Source: an uncultured delta proteobacterium (GTDB lineage Bacteria > Desulfobacterota > Binatia > UBA9968). Taken from it: 64,000 bases of DNA. Both the position numbers and the translations under genes were made by a program. The notes under the pieces were generated by a model, which saw only the letters and a program-made list of their open reading frames with translations, had not been told where the DNA came from and did no database searches. The stretch is from the NCBI GenBank assembly GCA_963745835.1, contig CAVUZH010000003.1, positions 480,001 to 544,000 on the forward strand. The letters are read 5' to 3'. Positions 39,252-48,798 of this stretch are shown here, piece after piece; within the stretch, counting starts at the first letter, position 1; each line of letters opens with the position of its first letter.

Positions 39252-39689
39252 CTATGAACTCTGCGGGTTCAGAGTGAGTCCCTGTCCTGTCACTACAATA
39301 TGTTGTCCCTGGGCGTAGAAGTCTCCGGTGAACTCCCAAGCATTTTCTTTGAGACTTAAGTCGATGGCATTTTTCCCATGCCTGTCGGTTACGACTATGC
39401 GCTCAGGAGGATTGTGGTTGGGCGGAAGCGATTGCACCGAGTAAAAATTATCCTTGTTGAATTCGATTGCGTTGCTGCGAATTCTGGCGACTAAACCTCC
39501 ATCGGCATCTGACAGGTCAGCATTCAAGAATGCGCCACCTGCTTTGAATTCAACCCACACTGACTGAGTCGGGGGCGGCAATGTGGCGCCAATCACGACA
39601 CCTCCTGCATCATTGAGGCCGATGATCGTGAAATCACCTTCACATAGAAACCGGTTGCTGCCAAACTTTATGCTGGTCGATTGCGCCAA
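39252..39689 (-). CDS. Hypothetical beta-rich protein
   Basis: Open frame; a GGAGG RBS precedes TTG at 39689 (MAQSTSIKFGSNRF). Confidence 0.55.
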   Translation of the reverse strand: MAQSTSIKFGSNRFLCEGDFTIIGLNDAGGVVIGATLPPPTQSVWVEFKAGGAFLNADLSDADGGLVARIRSNAIEFNKDNFYSVQSLPPNHNPPERIVVTDRHGKNAIDLSLKENAWEFTGDFYAQGQHIVVTGQGLTLNPQSS

Positions 39690-40051
39690 GTAATCATCCT
39701 CCGAGCGATCTATAAGAAAGATCCACAAGCCGGTTGGGAATTTTCAATCCTAGGGGTCCACGCCATTTCAAAGTTTAAATCCGGCTTAGCTAAACTGATC
39801 AAGCAATCTGCATGGGCGAATTTCAGCGCCTTAATTCATTTTGCCTGAAATAGTTGCGGATTTCGTTATTGCGCGATCCCTATGGGTAAACTTTCGCGAA
39901 TGTGTCTGAAAATCAAGCCTCTCTTAGCAAGAACTTAGGTTGGGCCCGGACTACGGGGCGTGAGCGGCTGAGAGGTGCTTGCCTCCTGGGCCGATCGCGC
40001 TAGAGATAGCGTATAGATAGGTCTCCAAGAAATTTTCTGGGAGGATGCTTT

Positions 40052-40513
40052 ATGGCTGATGGCATGCGCGCGAATTCTTCGGCACAACTACTGTTTGGTT
40101 TTGTCGCCGGCTTTCTTGCCACTCTCATCTTTCACCAGCTGGCGCTAGCTTTACTATGGTTTATAGGCATGGCGCCATCGGGTCCTTTTCCAATGGCGGC
40201 GACTCGACCGTTTGGCGTGCCGGCGGTTTTTTCGTTGGCATTCTGGGGCGGTGTCTGGGGTATCTTATTTGCGTTGGTTCAACGTCGCTTTCCTCCGAGC
40301 GGCGCCTACTGGGTTGCGGCATTTCTTTTTGGCGCCATTCTGCCTTCCGTGGTTGCTCTTATGGTGGTTTTACCGCTTAAGGGAAGACCCATGGGCGGCG
40401 GTTGGCATCCGCCTCTGCTGCTGACGGCATTTTTAATCAACGGCGTGTGGGGTATCGGCACCGGGCTCATCCTCAAGCTTTTAACCAGTTGGTCCAGCGG
40501 TCGCGCACGCTAA
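40052..40513 (+). CDS. Four-TM membrane protein
   Basis: GFVAGFLATLIFHQ..PFGVP..AFWGGVWG; GGAGG RBS. Confidence 0.8.
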   Translation: MADGMRANSSAQLLFGFVAGFLATLIFHQLALALLWFIGMAPSGPFPMAATRPFGVPAVFSLAFWGGVWGILFALVQRRFPPSGAYWVAAFLFGAILPSVVALMVVLPLKGRPMGGGWHPPLLLTAFLINGVWGIGTGLILKLLTSWSSGRAR

Positions 40514-40587
40514 CGCCCGTTCTGCAAGATAACTTTCGGGCCTCTGCTTTCCGTCTGGGCATTGCCCTAGTGATGAGTGCTGCTCCT

Positions 40588-41832
40588 TTATAGAAAGTCC
40601 TCCGGGACGCCTTCAATGCGGCAGCGGGCGATTCGCCCTTCCTGCATTACGAACTCCACCTGGCGCAGCGCGGAGATCTGTTTGAGTGGGTTGCCCGGAA
40701 CAGCAATAATGTCGGCCAACTTTCCCGTCTCTATTGTTCCGACTTTCTGCTCGATACCTAAGATCGCCGCATTGGTCGCGGTGGCCGCGACAATCACATC
40801 GCGCTCCGCCATGCCTCCGTCGACCATCAGGTCGAATTCAGCGCCGTTCTCTCCGTGCGGGAAAAGCGCCGAGCCTTCAAAGTCGGTCCCCATGCCGATG
40901 GTAATTCCCATGCGCATCGCTAGGGCAAATGATTTCATATGGGCTTCGACCACCTCTTTGGCTTTACGCACAGCATAGGCCGGCGATCCCAGATCTTCAC
41001 CCAAGGTGGCGATGCGATAAAAATAGGCGAGGGTAGGGACGAGCATAGTATTTCGCTCGCGCATCCATTGACAGGCTTCTTCGTCCAAATAGATTCCGTG
41101 CTCGATGGAATCGACTCCGCCCAGGATTCCGTTCTTGATGCCCTGGGTTGCCTGAGCGTGAGCCGCCACCCGCCGGCCCATCCGGTGAGCCTCCTTGACG
41201 ATCGCCTGGATCTCCTCCGATGTGTACGCGGTTTGCCCTGGATCGCTTTGCGGGGCATAGACTCGGCCAGTGATCGATACCTTGATCAAGTCGGCGCCCA
41301 GACCGATCTGCTCTCTGACAACCCGCACGCAATCGTCGACTCCATCGACCTCCTGGCGCAGCGGCGTGATATCCAGAGCCCAAGTGACCTTCTTCACGCG
41401 TCCCGTCTGTGACAGTCCCCGGTATGCGGTGAGAATCCTCGGCCCGGGGATTTCTTTGGCGGCGATTGCATCGCGCAAGTGGGGCCCCAGGCAACCACCG
41501 CAATCGCGCACGGTGGTAAATCCCGCATGGAGCAACTTCCGACAGTCGGCCGCGGCGCGCAATGCCGCCAATGGATGCGGCGTTATGAGCACGTCGTCGG
41601 GATTGGAACTGCGCCAGCCTTTGAGGTGAACATGCGCATCAATGAGGCCGGGAAGGAGGGTGCGCGCTCCCAAATAAATCCGGCGGGCGCCCTCCGGCGC
41701 TTTGATCCGGTCGGCGGGCCCTGCGGCGATGATCCGTTCTCCTTGAATGACAACTCGCGCGGGCTCCACCGGAGGACCACCGCGACCATCGATCATGCGC
41801 TCTGCGTCTATAGAGATTATCTCGTTCACCAT
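40588..41832 (-). CDS. Metal-dependent amidohydrolase (Xaa-Pro dipeptidase/imidazolonepropionase-like)
   Basis: LPGLIDAHVH, GFTTVRD, GADLIK, VAAHA, SIEHG, GTD and GKLADIIAV motifs. Confidence 0.92.
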   Translation of the reverse strand: MVNEIISIDAERMIDGRGGPPVEPARVVIQGERIIAAGPADRIKAPEGARRIYLGARTLLPGLIDAHVHLKGWRSSNPDDVLITPHPLAALRAAADCRKLLHAGFTTVRDCGGCLGPHLRDAIAAKEIPGPRILTAYRGLSQTGRVKKVTWALDITPLRQEVDGVDDCVRVVREQIGLGADLIKVSITGRVYAPQSDPGQTAYTSEEIQAIVKEAHRMGRRVAAHAQATQGIKNGILGGVDSIEHGIYLDEEACQWMRERNTMLVPTLAYFYRIATLGEDLGSPAYAVRKAKEVVEAHMKSFALAMRMGITIGMGTDFEGSALFPHGENGAEFDLMVDGGMAERDVIVAATATNAAILGIEQKVGTIETGKLADIIAVPGNPLKQISALRQVEFVMQEGRIARCRIEGVPEDFL

Positions 41833-41890
41833 CAAACTCCTTATGCGATTAATTTATTCGGTATAGGTTGCGGAAAGGGAACTCATCAGT

Positions 41891-42901
41891 TCACGGACTT
41901 TTTTTGCCACGCGCCGCATCGAGCGCCTGCACGAATCGCAGGTCGACGAAATCCTGGGGCCGCGCTTCCCGGGCTTTCGGAGTGCGCGGCGCCAGCTCGT
42001 CGAGAATAAGTTGTACCCCCTCGAGCGTCGGCTGAGGTATATCTGCGAAGTAGTCGCGGTAGAAGCCGTACGTCTCTTCCAAGATCTGCCGGTCATTGCT
42101 CCGCATAGCGCGGCCCAGCACTCCCAGCGTGAACTCCGGTTCCTGTTTGAAGACGCGGACTGCCTCCGTATAGGCTTCCATGAACGCGGTGAGGACGGCC
42201 GGCTTTGACTGGGCGAACCGCCGCAGCGTGACCAAAGCATTGGACTGATATTTTGTCGTCCGGCTCAGATCGATCAACTCGCGAAAACCCAGCCGTCTGA
42301 TGGCGATCGTATGGAACGGTGGACTCAACATCGCCGCCTGAATTCCGCCTGCCTGTAGCGCCGCTACGCTTTCCGGGTACCCGCCGGTCTGAAGAATGGC
42401 GACGTCCCGGTCCGGCGTGATCCCAGCCCGCGTCAAGTAAGACCGAGCCATGAAATCGGAAAGAGAACCGAAACGGGTGACGCCTACCCGCTTGCCGCGC
42501 AGAGCTTCGACAGCTGTGATATCAGGAGTGGCAACAAGCGACATGAGGACGCTGTTGGAGATGCCGCCGATGATGACGCTATCCGCTCCTGACAAATTCG
42601 CCTGGATGGCGGTCGTTCCCGAGACCGAACCGATTTCGACTTCTTGAGCGAGCAGCGCTTGCATCGAGCGCACACCGGCGACGTAGATCAAGCTGACATC
42701 GAGACCGTGGCGCGGAAAAATGCCGCGGTCACGCGCTACCCAGAGCACGGAATTGGTTGCGGTGAGAGTCGAGTGGGCGACCCGGAGGCGTTCGGCCGCT
42801 GCGGCGAGTTGTGTCAGCCCTTGCAGCATCACAATCAAAGCCACCAGCGCTGTTATTTGCGCCCATCTTGCGCGCGTGGATCTTCGTCGCGTCTTGTTCA
42901 T
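41891..42901 (-). CDS. ABC transporter substrate-binding protein, NMT1/SsuA-like
   Basis: Signal peptide; LRGKRVGVTRFGS and PTLEGVQ..RPQDFVDLRF motifs. Confidence 0.9.
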   Translation of the reverse strand: MNKTRRRSTRARWAQITALVALIVMLQGLTQLAAAAERLRVAHSTLTATNSVLWVARDRGIFPRHGLDVSLIYVAGVRSMQALLAQEVEIGSVSGTTAIQANLSGADSVIIGGISNSVLMSLVATPDITAVEALRGKRVGVTRFGSLSDFMARSYLTRAGITPDRDVAILQTGGYPESVAALQAGGIQAAMLSPPFHTIAIRRLGFRELIDLSRTTKYQSNALVTLRRFAQSKPAVLTAFMEAYTEAVRVFKQEPEFTLGVLGRAMRSNDRQILEETYGFYRDYFADIPQPTLEGVQLILDELAPRTPKAREARPQDFVDLRFVQALDAARGKKSP

Positions 42902-43235
42902 ATCCGGCCCTCCGTGTTCGGAGCTATACAGGATCGCAACGAAGCGGGTCAAGTCAGGATTGGACGCTATCGTGGGCTATTTAACTGCTAGATCTCAGCG
43001 ACTCTTTCGTTTCGACGAGTATCCAATGAACCGAAACTGCATTTCATTGCATCTAAGATATCAGCGAGTTCAGCTCACCGTTTATAGCTGATGAGTTCGC
43101 ATGGAGCCAAAAAGTATGGTGCAAAGCTGATCGTCTTGATCGTGCGGTTCTAAACCGCACACTCTAAGGTTGCCATAATTTCGGATCTGAATGGATTTGG
43201 TTCGTTGGAATCGACAAAGCAGCGGTGTCGCGTCT

Positions 43236-44183
43236 CTAAGGATGGCGACCATCTTTTTGACGGAGGAAGTTTCTTAGCGCCGTAAAAATCAGCAGCGCTA
43301 GCGCAATGAATAAAACGACGAGAATCACCATGAGATATAGATCGATCCGCGCCGGTGTCTCTTGCCGCTTTTCTAGCCGCGCGAATGGCTCTTCCCACCT
43401 CGGAACAGCCGCTATATCGGTCTGGAACTTTCCTCTATCGAAGTCGTAAACATACACATTTTGCCAGCCAAAGCAGGTGAGTGGGGTCGCAAAGTTTATG
43501 TCCTCTCGTCGCGTTTCTTCCGGGACCTCACTTGCCTTGTAGATGCAGGTGTTGAATTCCAGCGCGACATTTTTCATGCCGATTCCGGAAACAAAGGCCC
43601 CGCTGGGATGATCGGCCATATAAACGACCGGTCTTCTTGGTTTCTGAGTCCCGTAGAATTTCTGGGTGCGCTCATCATAGGATCCCGGCCTATTCCATCT
43701 CAGTAAAGAGAATCTCCCGCCTTTCGGATCGCTGTTGTAAGCCGGATCGGTGTCCTGTGAATCGATGACCCATTCCGGAAAGCAAAAAGGAACGTTCTCG
43801 CCAAAGCTCGCCACGGTGTCATTTATTTTCCTGGTGATCTTCCCGCCATTAGTTTTTGAACTGTAAAATACGCAACCTTTTTTGAATTGAACGATCGCAT
43901 ACTTCTCGAGCGCAGCCACTGAGTCGGTCTGATACTCCATTACTACGCTGTTGCCATAACTGGGATAGATCGGATCGTCGCTAAACCAGACTTCGTAAAC
44001 CGACGTTGTCAACGTGAATCTTTTCAGATCGCAGGAGGCGGTCGGGCGGCAATTGGAGTTTAAAAAATCCTGCTTTGTTTCCGAAACCGTGTGGACATGG
44101 CCTTTGGCGGTGAAGTGCCCGAAAGAATTTTCCGAAAGAAAGGCCAGAAGCCAGATGAATGAAAAGCAGAAAATTTTTCGCAT
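43236..44183 (-). CDS. Hypothetical secreted protein with a C-terminal membrane anchor
   Basis: Signal peptide, several Cys, C-terminal hydrophobic helix followed by a basic tail. Confidence 0.7.
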   Translation of the reverse strand: MRKIFCFSFIWLLAFLSENSFGHFTAKGHVHTVSETKQDFLNSNCRPTASCDLKRFTLTTSVYEVWFSDDPIYPSYGNSVVMEYQTDSVAALEKYAIVQFKKGCVFYSSKTNGGKITRKINDTVASFGENVPFCFPEWVIDSQDTDPAYNSDPKGGRFSLLRWNRPGSYDERTQKFYGTQKPRRPVVYMADHPSGAFVSGIGMKNVALEFNTCIYKASEVPEETRREDINFATPLTCFGWQNVYVYDFDRGKFQTDIAAVPRWEEPFARLEKRQETPARIDLYLMVILVVLFIALALLIFTALRNFLRQKDGRHP

Positions 44184-44407
44184 TGTCGTGAGCAACGCCA
44201 ATCTAGCGGATTCAAAAATCAGGTGTCAACGGTAGTATGATATTTAAGCGCATTCCAAAGGTTTCAATCGTTCGACCGCCTCCTCTCCGTTCAAGCCGTC
44301 TCCTTTGCTAACGTTCAATCTTTACATAATCATCTCGGCGTGCGATGACGATTAGCAAAGATTTTTGAACAGCAACATGGATTGGCTGCACACAAGGGAG
44401 ATTTGAG

Positions 44408-44902
44408 TTGTTTCGTCGCGTGGATCTTCCCCCTCGGGTTTCTGGAACACTGCTGCTGCACAGCATGCCGGGCCGCTTTGAAACGATCGAGAAGGTTTGG
44501 CAGCAACTGAAGAGTGACGCGGTGGCCGCAATTATTTGTCTCACCGAAGAGTACGAAATCCGCCTGAAATCTTCTAAGTATGCGGACGCTTTGGAAACCG
44601 GGGCAGTTCCCTGTTCCGTCGTGCCTTTTGAAATCCGTGAAGGCGGCGTGCCCGCAGATCGGGACGCCTTCTGGGCGCTTGCCAACGATCTAGCGAATCG
44701 ATTGCGTTGCGGGGAAGCGCTGCTGATTCATTGCGCCGGAGGTGTCGGCCGCACCGCCATGCTTGCGGTCTCGGTGCTGCTTGCGTTGGGCGAATCGTTT
44801 AATGAAGCGGAAAACGCGGTGTCGCGGGCGGGGTCCATCGTCGAAACCATGGCGCAGATCGAGATGCTTTCCTGGTGCGCAGCGCGGGTGAGTAATAAAT
44901 AA
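44408..44902 (+). CDS. Dual-specificity/protein-tyrosine phosphatase
   Basis: IHCAGGVGRT (HCx5R) motif; HSMPGR; ETMAQ. Confidence 0.9.
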   Translation: MFRRVDLPPRVSGTLLLHSMPGRFETIEKVWQQLKSDAVAAIICLTEEYEIRLKSSKYADALETGAVPCSVVPFEIREGGVPADRDAFWALANDLANRLRCGEALLIHCAGGVGRTAMLAVSVLLALGESFNEAENAVSRAGSIVETMAQIEMLSWCAARVSNK

Positions 44903-45188
44903 CTAGCCGTTCAACCGAGAGCGCAGGTTCCATCGTTCGGGCTCGGAACCGAGCGTTCTAGTTCTAATAGTTGAAAACGTTCAACCGCCGCGCTCCGCTC
45001 AAAACGCCAGCCAGAGAGAAGCTTGGTACGACCGACTCTTGGGGCCGTTGTATTCGTGAGCTCAGCGGACTGATATCAGTCTTCGAACATCGGGGGTTCA
45101 TCCGAATTAGCTGGTAAGAAGGACATCGCCAAGAGCAAATGCGGCTGAGAAGTGCGGCGCGACTTTTGCCACGCCGGACCGGGAAATC

Positions 45189-46268
45189 CTATCGGGCCTG
45201 ATGCAATCCGAACACCTGATGGTAGAGCTCTGTCACTTCCTTTAAGTTCACGGCTCTCGAGCTGGGCGTGACGAAGACAAAATCCTTCTGCAGTAATTCC
45301 TGGAGCCAGGGCTGGTGCTTGACTCCTTTTCTGACTGAGATACGGCCGGTCTGGTCGGACATCTTGGTCTGACCGTCCTGCGAGATCAACCAGTCGTAGA
45401 AGAGAATCGCTGCGTGGGGGTTAGGCGCCCGCTGCAGCAATGCTAGCAAATCGGGTTCGCCGGCATATGGATCGAAAATTCGAAAATCGATGGGCGCACC
45501 TTTGGATTTGAGCTCGGCGACTCGACGGCCACGGGCCGCTATGGCGATCGACGATTCGCCGGCGAGCAACAACTGGACTCTCATAACGCTACTCGAGCCC
45601 GGCATGTGCAAATTCTGCTTCGCCAGGTTCTTCATGTAGTCGAGTCCCTTGTCTTTGCCCATGTGGTCCAACATGACCGAGAACCAATCGTAATCTTCGG
45701 TGCCGAGGCTCATTTTGCCGCGCCACTTGGGATTCAAAAGATCCTGATAATTCTTAGGCACCTCCTGGGCGCTTACTAGTTTGGTATTGTAAGCGAGCAC
45801 GATCGGGGTGATATCGAATGCAGTCCAGTAGCTGTCGGCATCAAATGATCCTTTGAATAAACTGTCTCGTTCGGGAGAAGCATAGGGAGTTGAGAGTTGC
45901 CGCTCCTTTAACTGCCAAACTTCTATCGGTGCCGAGCCGACCAGATCCACGGCGAATCGGCCGGTCTTGGCCTCGGTATCGACCCTGCGGAATACACCCG
46001 AGGGCGTCGAACGGAACGCGTGAGTTTTGATATACGGATGCGCTTGTTCAAAAGCCGCCAGGATCTTGGGATAATCCGATAAGCTCACCGACGTGTAAAT
46101 AACCACCTGACCTTCTTTTTTCGCGCCTTCCTCCAACGCAGTTTTTCTCTGCGCTGGTTGAAGAGGCTGTATTTTCTTCAAGACCTCGGCAACGGTAGCG
46201 GCGTCGCTGATCGACTGAATCGAAATCGCGGCGAGTGTCAGCAATAGATTGAGCAAGAACTTCGTCAT
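45189..46268 (-). CDS. ABC-type Fe3+/thiamine-like extracellular solute-binding protein
   Basis: GAKKEGQVVIYTS, PKNYQDLLNPKWRGK and APNPHAAILF motifs; signal peptide. Confidence 0.9.
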   Translation of the reverse strand: MTKFLLNLLLTLAAISIQSISDAATVAEVLKKIQPLQPAQRKTALEEGAKKEGQVVIYTSVSLSDYPKILAAFEQAHPYIKTHAFRSTPSGVFRRVDTEAKTGRFAVDLVGSAPIEVWQLKERQLSTPYASPERDSLFKGSFDADSYWTAFDITPIVLAYNTKLVSAQEVPKNYQDLLNPKWRGKMSLGTEDYDWFSVMLDHMGKDKGLDYMKNLAKQNLHMPGSSSVMRVQLLLAGESSIAIAARGRRVAELKSKGAPIDFRIFDPYAGEPDLLALLQRAPNPHAAILFYDWLISQDGQTKMSDQTGRISVRKGVKHQPWLQELLQKDFVFVTPSSRAVNLKEVTELYHQVFGLHQAR

Positions 46269-46288
46269 CTGATGTTTAACTCCCTTGG

Positions 46289-46705
46289 TTACTGTTGTTC
46301 GGGTCCGCCTTTGTCTTTCGGCAGCGGCTTTCCGCTCCATCCCCAGGTCGAGATGTCGAAAATATTGCCGTCGGGATCCGCCCCTCGTGTTTCGGCGTAG
46401 CTGGTGCCGCTGGGCCGCTTCTTCGGCGCTCCTTGCGGATAGATCTCCTGAATTCTCTTGGCCACGGTCTCCTGGTCGTCGACATGAAAGCCGAAGTGGT
46501 ACATGCCCATATGTTTCAGATCGTCCGGATCCTTGGGATCATTGGCGTTCAAAATCGCCAGATTCACTTCGCCATCGGACAGGTGCACCGAGCCATTCTT
46601 GGTGCGGAAAACTTCCTCGAGCTCGAAGACTTTTTTATAAAACTCGGCGAGCTTCTCCGGTTGATGGGTCAACAATGCCAGATGTCTTAGTTTTGCCATA
46701 ATCAT
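46289..46705 (-). CDS. VOC/glyoxalase family protein
   Basis: KLRHLAL, HLSDGEVNLAIL, YHFGFHV and DPDGNIFD motifs. Confidence 0.9.
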   Translation of the reverse strand: MIMAKLRHLALLTHQPEKLAEFYKKVFELEEVFRTKNGSVHLSDGEVNLAILNANDPKDPDDLKHMGMYHFGFHVDDQETVAKRIQEIYPQGAPKKRPSGTSYAETRGADPDGNIFDISTWGWSGKPLPKDKGGPEQQ

Positions 46706-46802
46706 CCTCCTGAATGCGATGGTTTTCGTCTAGCATCCGGCGCACTTTGAAGCAAATGCTAGCGCGCGAGCGCATCGCGCTCAGCCCTGCTGCTTGTGTG
46801 CC

Positions 46803-46845
46803 CAACGGTCGTTTGATACGCTTGATTGAAACATATGTTTAATCA
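46803..46845. promoter_or_regulatory. Putative TetR operator sites
   Basis: Perfect palindrome AAACATATGTTT (46829-46840) overlaps the tetR start codon; a related CAACGGTCGTTTG lies at 46803-46815. Confidence 0.55.
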
Positions 46846-47581
46846 CCAAGAGAAACATTCCACCGAATTGTCTTCAGCCACCGAGAGTCGTTTGCTCGAA
46901 GCGGCGGGGGAGATTTTTGCCGAAGTCGGTTATCGCGCTGCTACGGTACGACAGATATGTGAGAAGGCCGGCGCCAACATCGCCGCGGTGAATTACCACT
47001 TCGGCGACAAAGAAGGACTCTACATGGCGGTGCTGCGCTCGGTGCCGGATGCCCATGCCGAGAAGTTCCCTGCCAACAGGGATCTTCCTCCTGGAGCAAC
47101 CGCGCAACAGAGGCTGGCGGCTTACATCGAATCCTTATTGAATCGGGTTTTCGATGAAGGACGGCCGGGTTGGCATACTAAGATTATGGCCCGGGAAATG
47201 ATTGAGCCCACCCGTGCTTTGGATACTCTGGTCACCGATGTTGCTCTGCCGGTCCATCAGGAGCTGGCTGCCATTGTCCGTGAGCTGCTGGGCTCGAGGG
47301 CGACCGAGGATGCCGTGCGCCTGTGCACGCTGAGTATTTTGAGCCAGTGTGTTTACTACCATCACGCTCGCTCGGTGCTGAGCCGTCTTTATCCGCAACA
47401 GGAATACGGCTCCCGAGACATCGCCCAGCTGGCGGATCATGTTACGCGGTTTTCTCGGGGCGCTTTGCAGCATTTTGTCCAGGGAAATGGCCGCGGATCG
47501 GGCGCCAAGAGCCGCCGCACTCTACAACTTGCGAAGAACAACCGAGCGCGGGTCAAGCGCGTTAGGAAGATCGACCGATGA
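46835..47581 (+). CDS. TetR-family regulator (CecR/YbiH-like)
   Basis: RLLEAAGEIFAEVGYRAATVRQIC..AAVNYHFGDKEGLY HTH; REMIEPT. Confidence 0.92.
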   Translation: MFNHQEKHSTELSSATESRLLEAAGEIFAEVGYRAATVRQICEKAGANIAAVNYHFGDKEGLYMAVLRSVPDAHAEKFPANRDLPPGATAQQRLAAYIESLLNRVFDEGRPGWHTKIMAREMIEPTRALDTLVTDVALPVHQELAAIVRELLGSRATEDAVRLCTLSILSQCVYYHHARSVLSRLYPQQEYGSRDIAQLADHVTRFSRGALQHFVQGNGRGSGAKSRRTLQLAKNNRARVKRVRKIDR

Positions 47582-48798
47582 CTTGGCTCGAGTCAACTGG
47601 AAAAGGCTGGGGCCGTTTGCTACCTGTGGCTCTGCTGTTGCTGTTCGCGCTAGCGGCATGTGGCGGCGATCAATCAGCCACTGCCGTGATCGAAAGCTCG
47701 CCGCCGCCGCGCCAGGTAAAAATCGCTACAGCGGTGGAGGCCAAAGTGGCCCGCACGGTGAGCGCCACCGGAACGCTGGCGGCCGAAGATCAAGTTGTCC
47801 TGGGCACCAAAGTCGTCGGCCGGCTCGGTGAGATCTCGGTCGATCTCGGCAGCCGCGTGCGCAAAGGCCAGGCGATTGCGCGCATCGACCCCAGCGATTA
47901 CCGGCTGCGCGTGGATCAAGCCGAGGCTGCTCTTCAGCAAGCCCGAGTTCGTCTCGGGCTCCCGGCCGAAGGGACCAGCGATAAGATCGAACCCGAGCAA
48001 ACAGCGACCGTGCGTCAGGCGGCGGCTACTCTCAAGGAAGCTCGCTTGACCCACGATCGCATGACGAAACTGTGGGAAAATAATTACATCGCGCGCGCTG
48101 AGCTCGACGCTGCGGTGGCGCAATTGGCGATTGCCGAAAGCCAGTACCAGAATGCCCTCGAAGAAGTGAGAATCCGCCAGGGGCTTCTGTTTCAACGTCG
48201 TTCAGAGCTCGAGATCGCGCGCCAGCAACTCGCCGACACGATCATTGCTTCGCCCATGGACGGTGCCGTTAGCGAACGTCAAGCCTCAGTCGGGCAGTAT
48301 CTGGCTGCCGGTGCGTCGGTAGTCACCCTGGTGCGCATGGATCCGTTACGTTTGCGGCTGGCGGTGCCCGAGCGACAGGCCGGAACCGTGCGTGTCGGCC
48401 AGGCGGTAGAGCTTACGGTCGAAGGCGATAGCCGGCGGTATTCCGGGCGGGTTGTCCGCTTATCTCCGGCGATCAGTGAGAACAACCGAACATTACTGAT
48501 CGAGGCTGAAGTGCCCAATAGGGAGGGCCGACTGCGCCCCGGGTCTTTCGCCAAAGGCGATATTATCGTCGAAGCCGGGGAGCAGATCGTTACCGTGCCA
48601 CGCGATGCGATCATCACTTTTGCGGGTATCGATAAGGTTTTGAGCGTGGAAGAGGGGCAAGCTGTGGAAAAGCGGGTGCGTACCGGACGTCGTATAGGTG
48701 ACCAGATCGAAATCGTCGAAGGCGTTGCCGCGGGTTATCAAGTCATCGTCGATCCGGGAAATTTGGTTGCAGGGCAGCCCGTGAAGGTTGTGAACTGA
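47578..48798 (+). CDS. RND efflux periplasmic adaptor subunit (lipoprotein)
   Basis: LAAC lipobox; VDLGSRVRKGQ, SPMDG and LRPGSF motifs. Confidence 0.93.
   Translation: MTWLESTGKGWGRLLPVALLLLFALAACGGDQSATAVIESSPPPRQVKIATAVEAKVARTVSATGTLAAEDQVVLGTKVVGRLGEISVDLGSRVRKGQAIARIDPSDYRLRVDQAEAALQQARVRLGLPAEGTSDKIEPEQTATVRQAAATLKEARLTHDRMTKLWENNYIARAELDAAVAQLAIAESQYQNALEEVRIRQGLLFQRRSELEIARQQLADTIIASPMDGAVSERQASVGQYLAAGASVVTLVRMDPLRLRLAVPERQAGTVRVGQAVELTVEGDSRRYSGRVVRLSPAISENNRTLLIEAEVPNREGRLRPGSFAKGDIIVEAGEQIVTVPRDAIITFAGIDKVLSVEEGQAVEKRVRTGRRIGDQIEIVEGVAAGYQVIVDPGNLVAGQPVKVVN

Noticed and set aside
44260-45005. Possible CRISPR array from GTTCAA repeats
   Set aside because: No constant-length repeats or spacers, and no cas genes.
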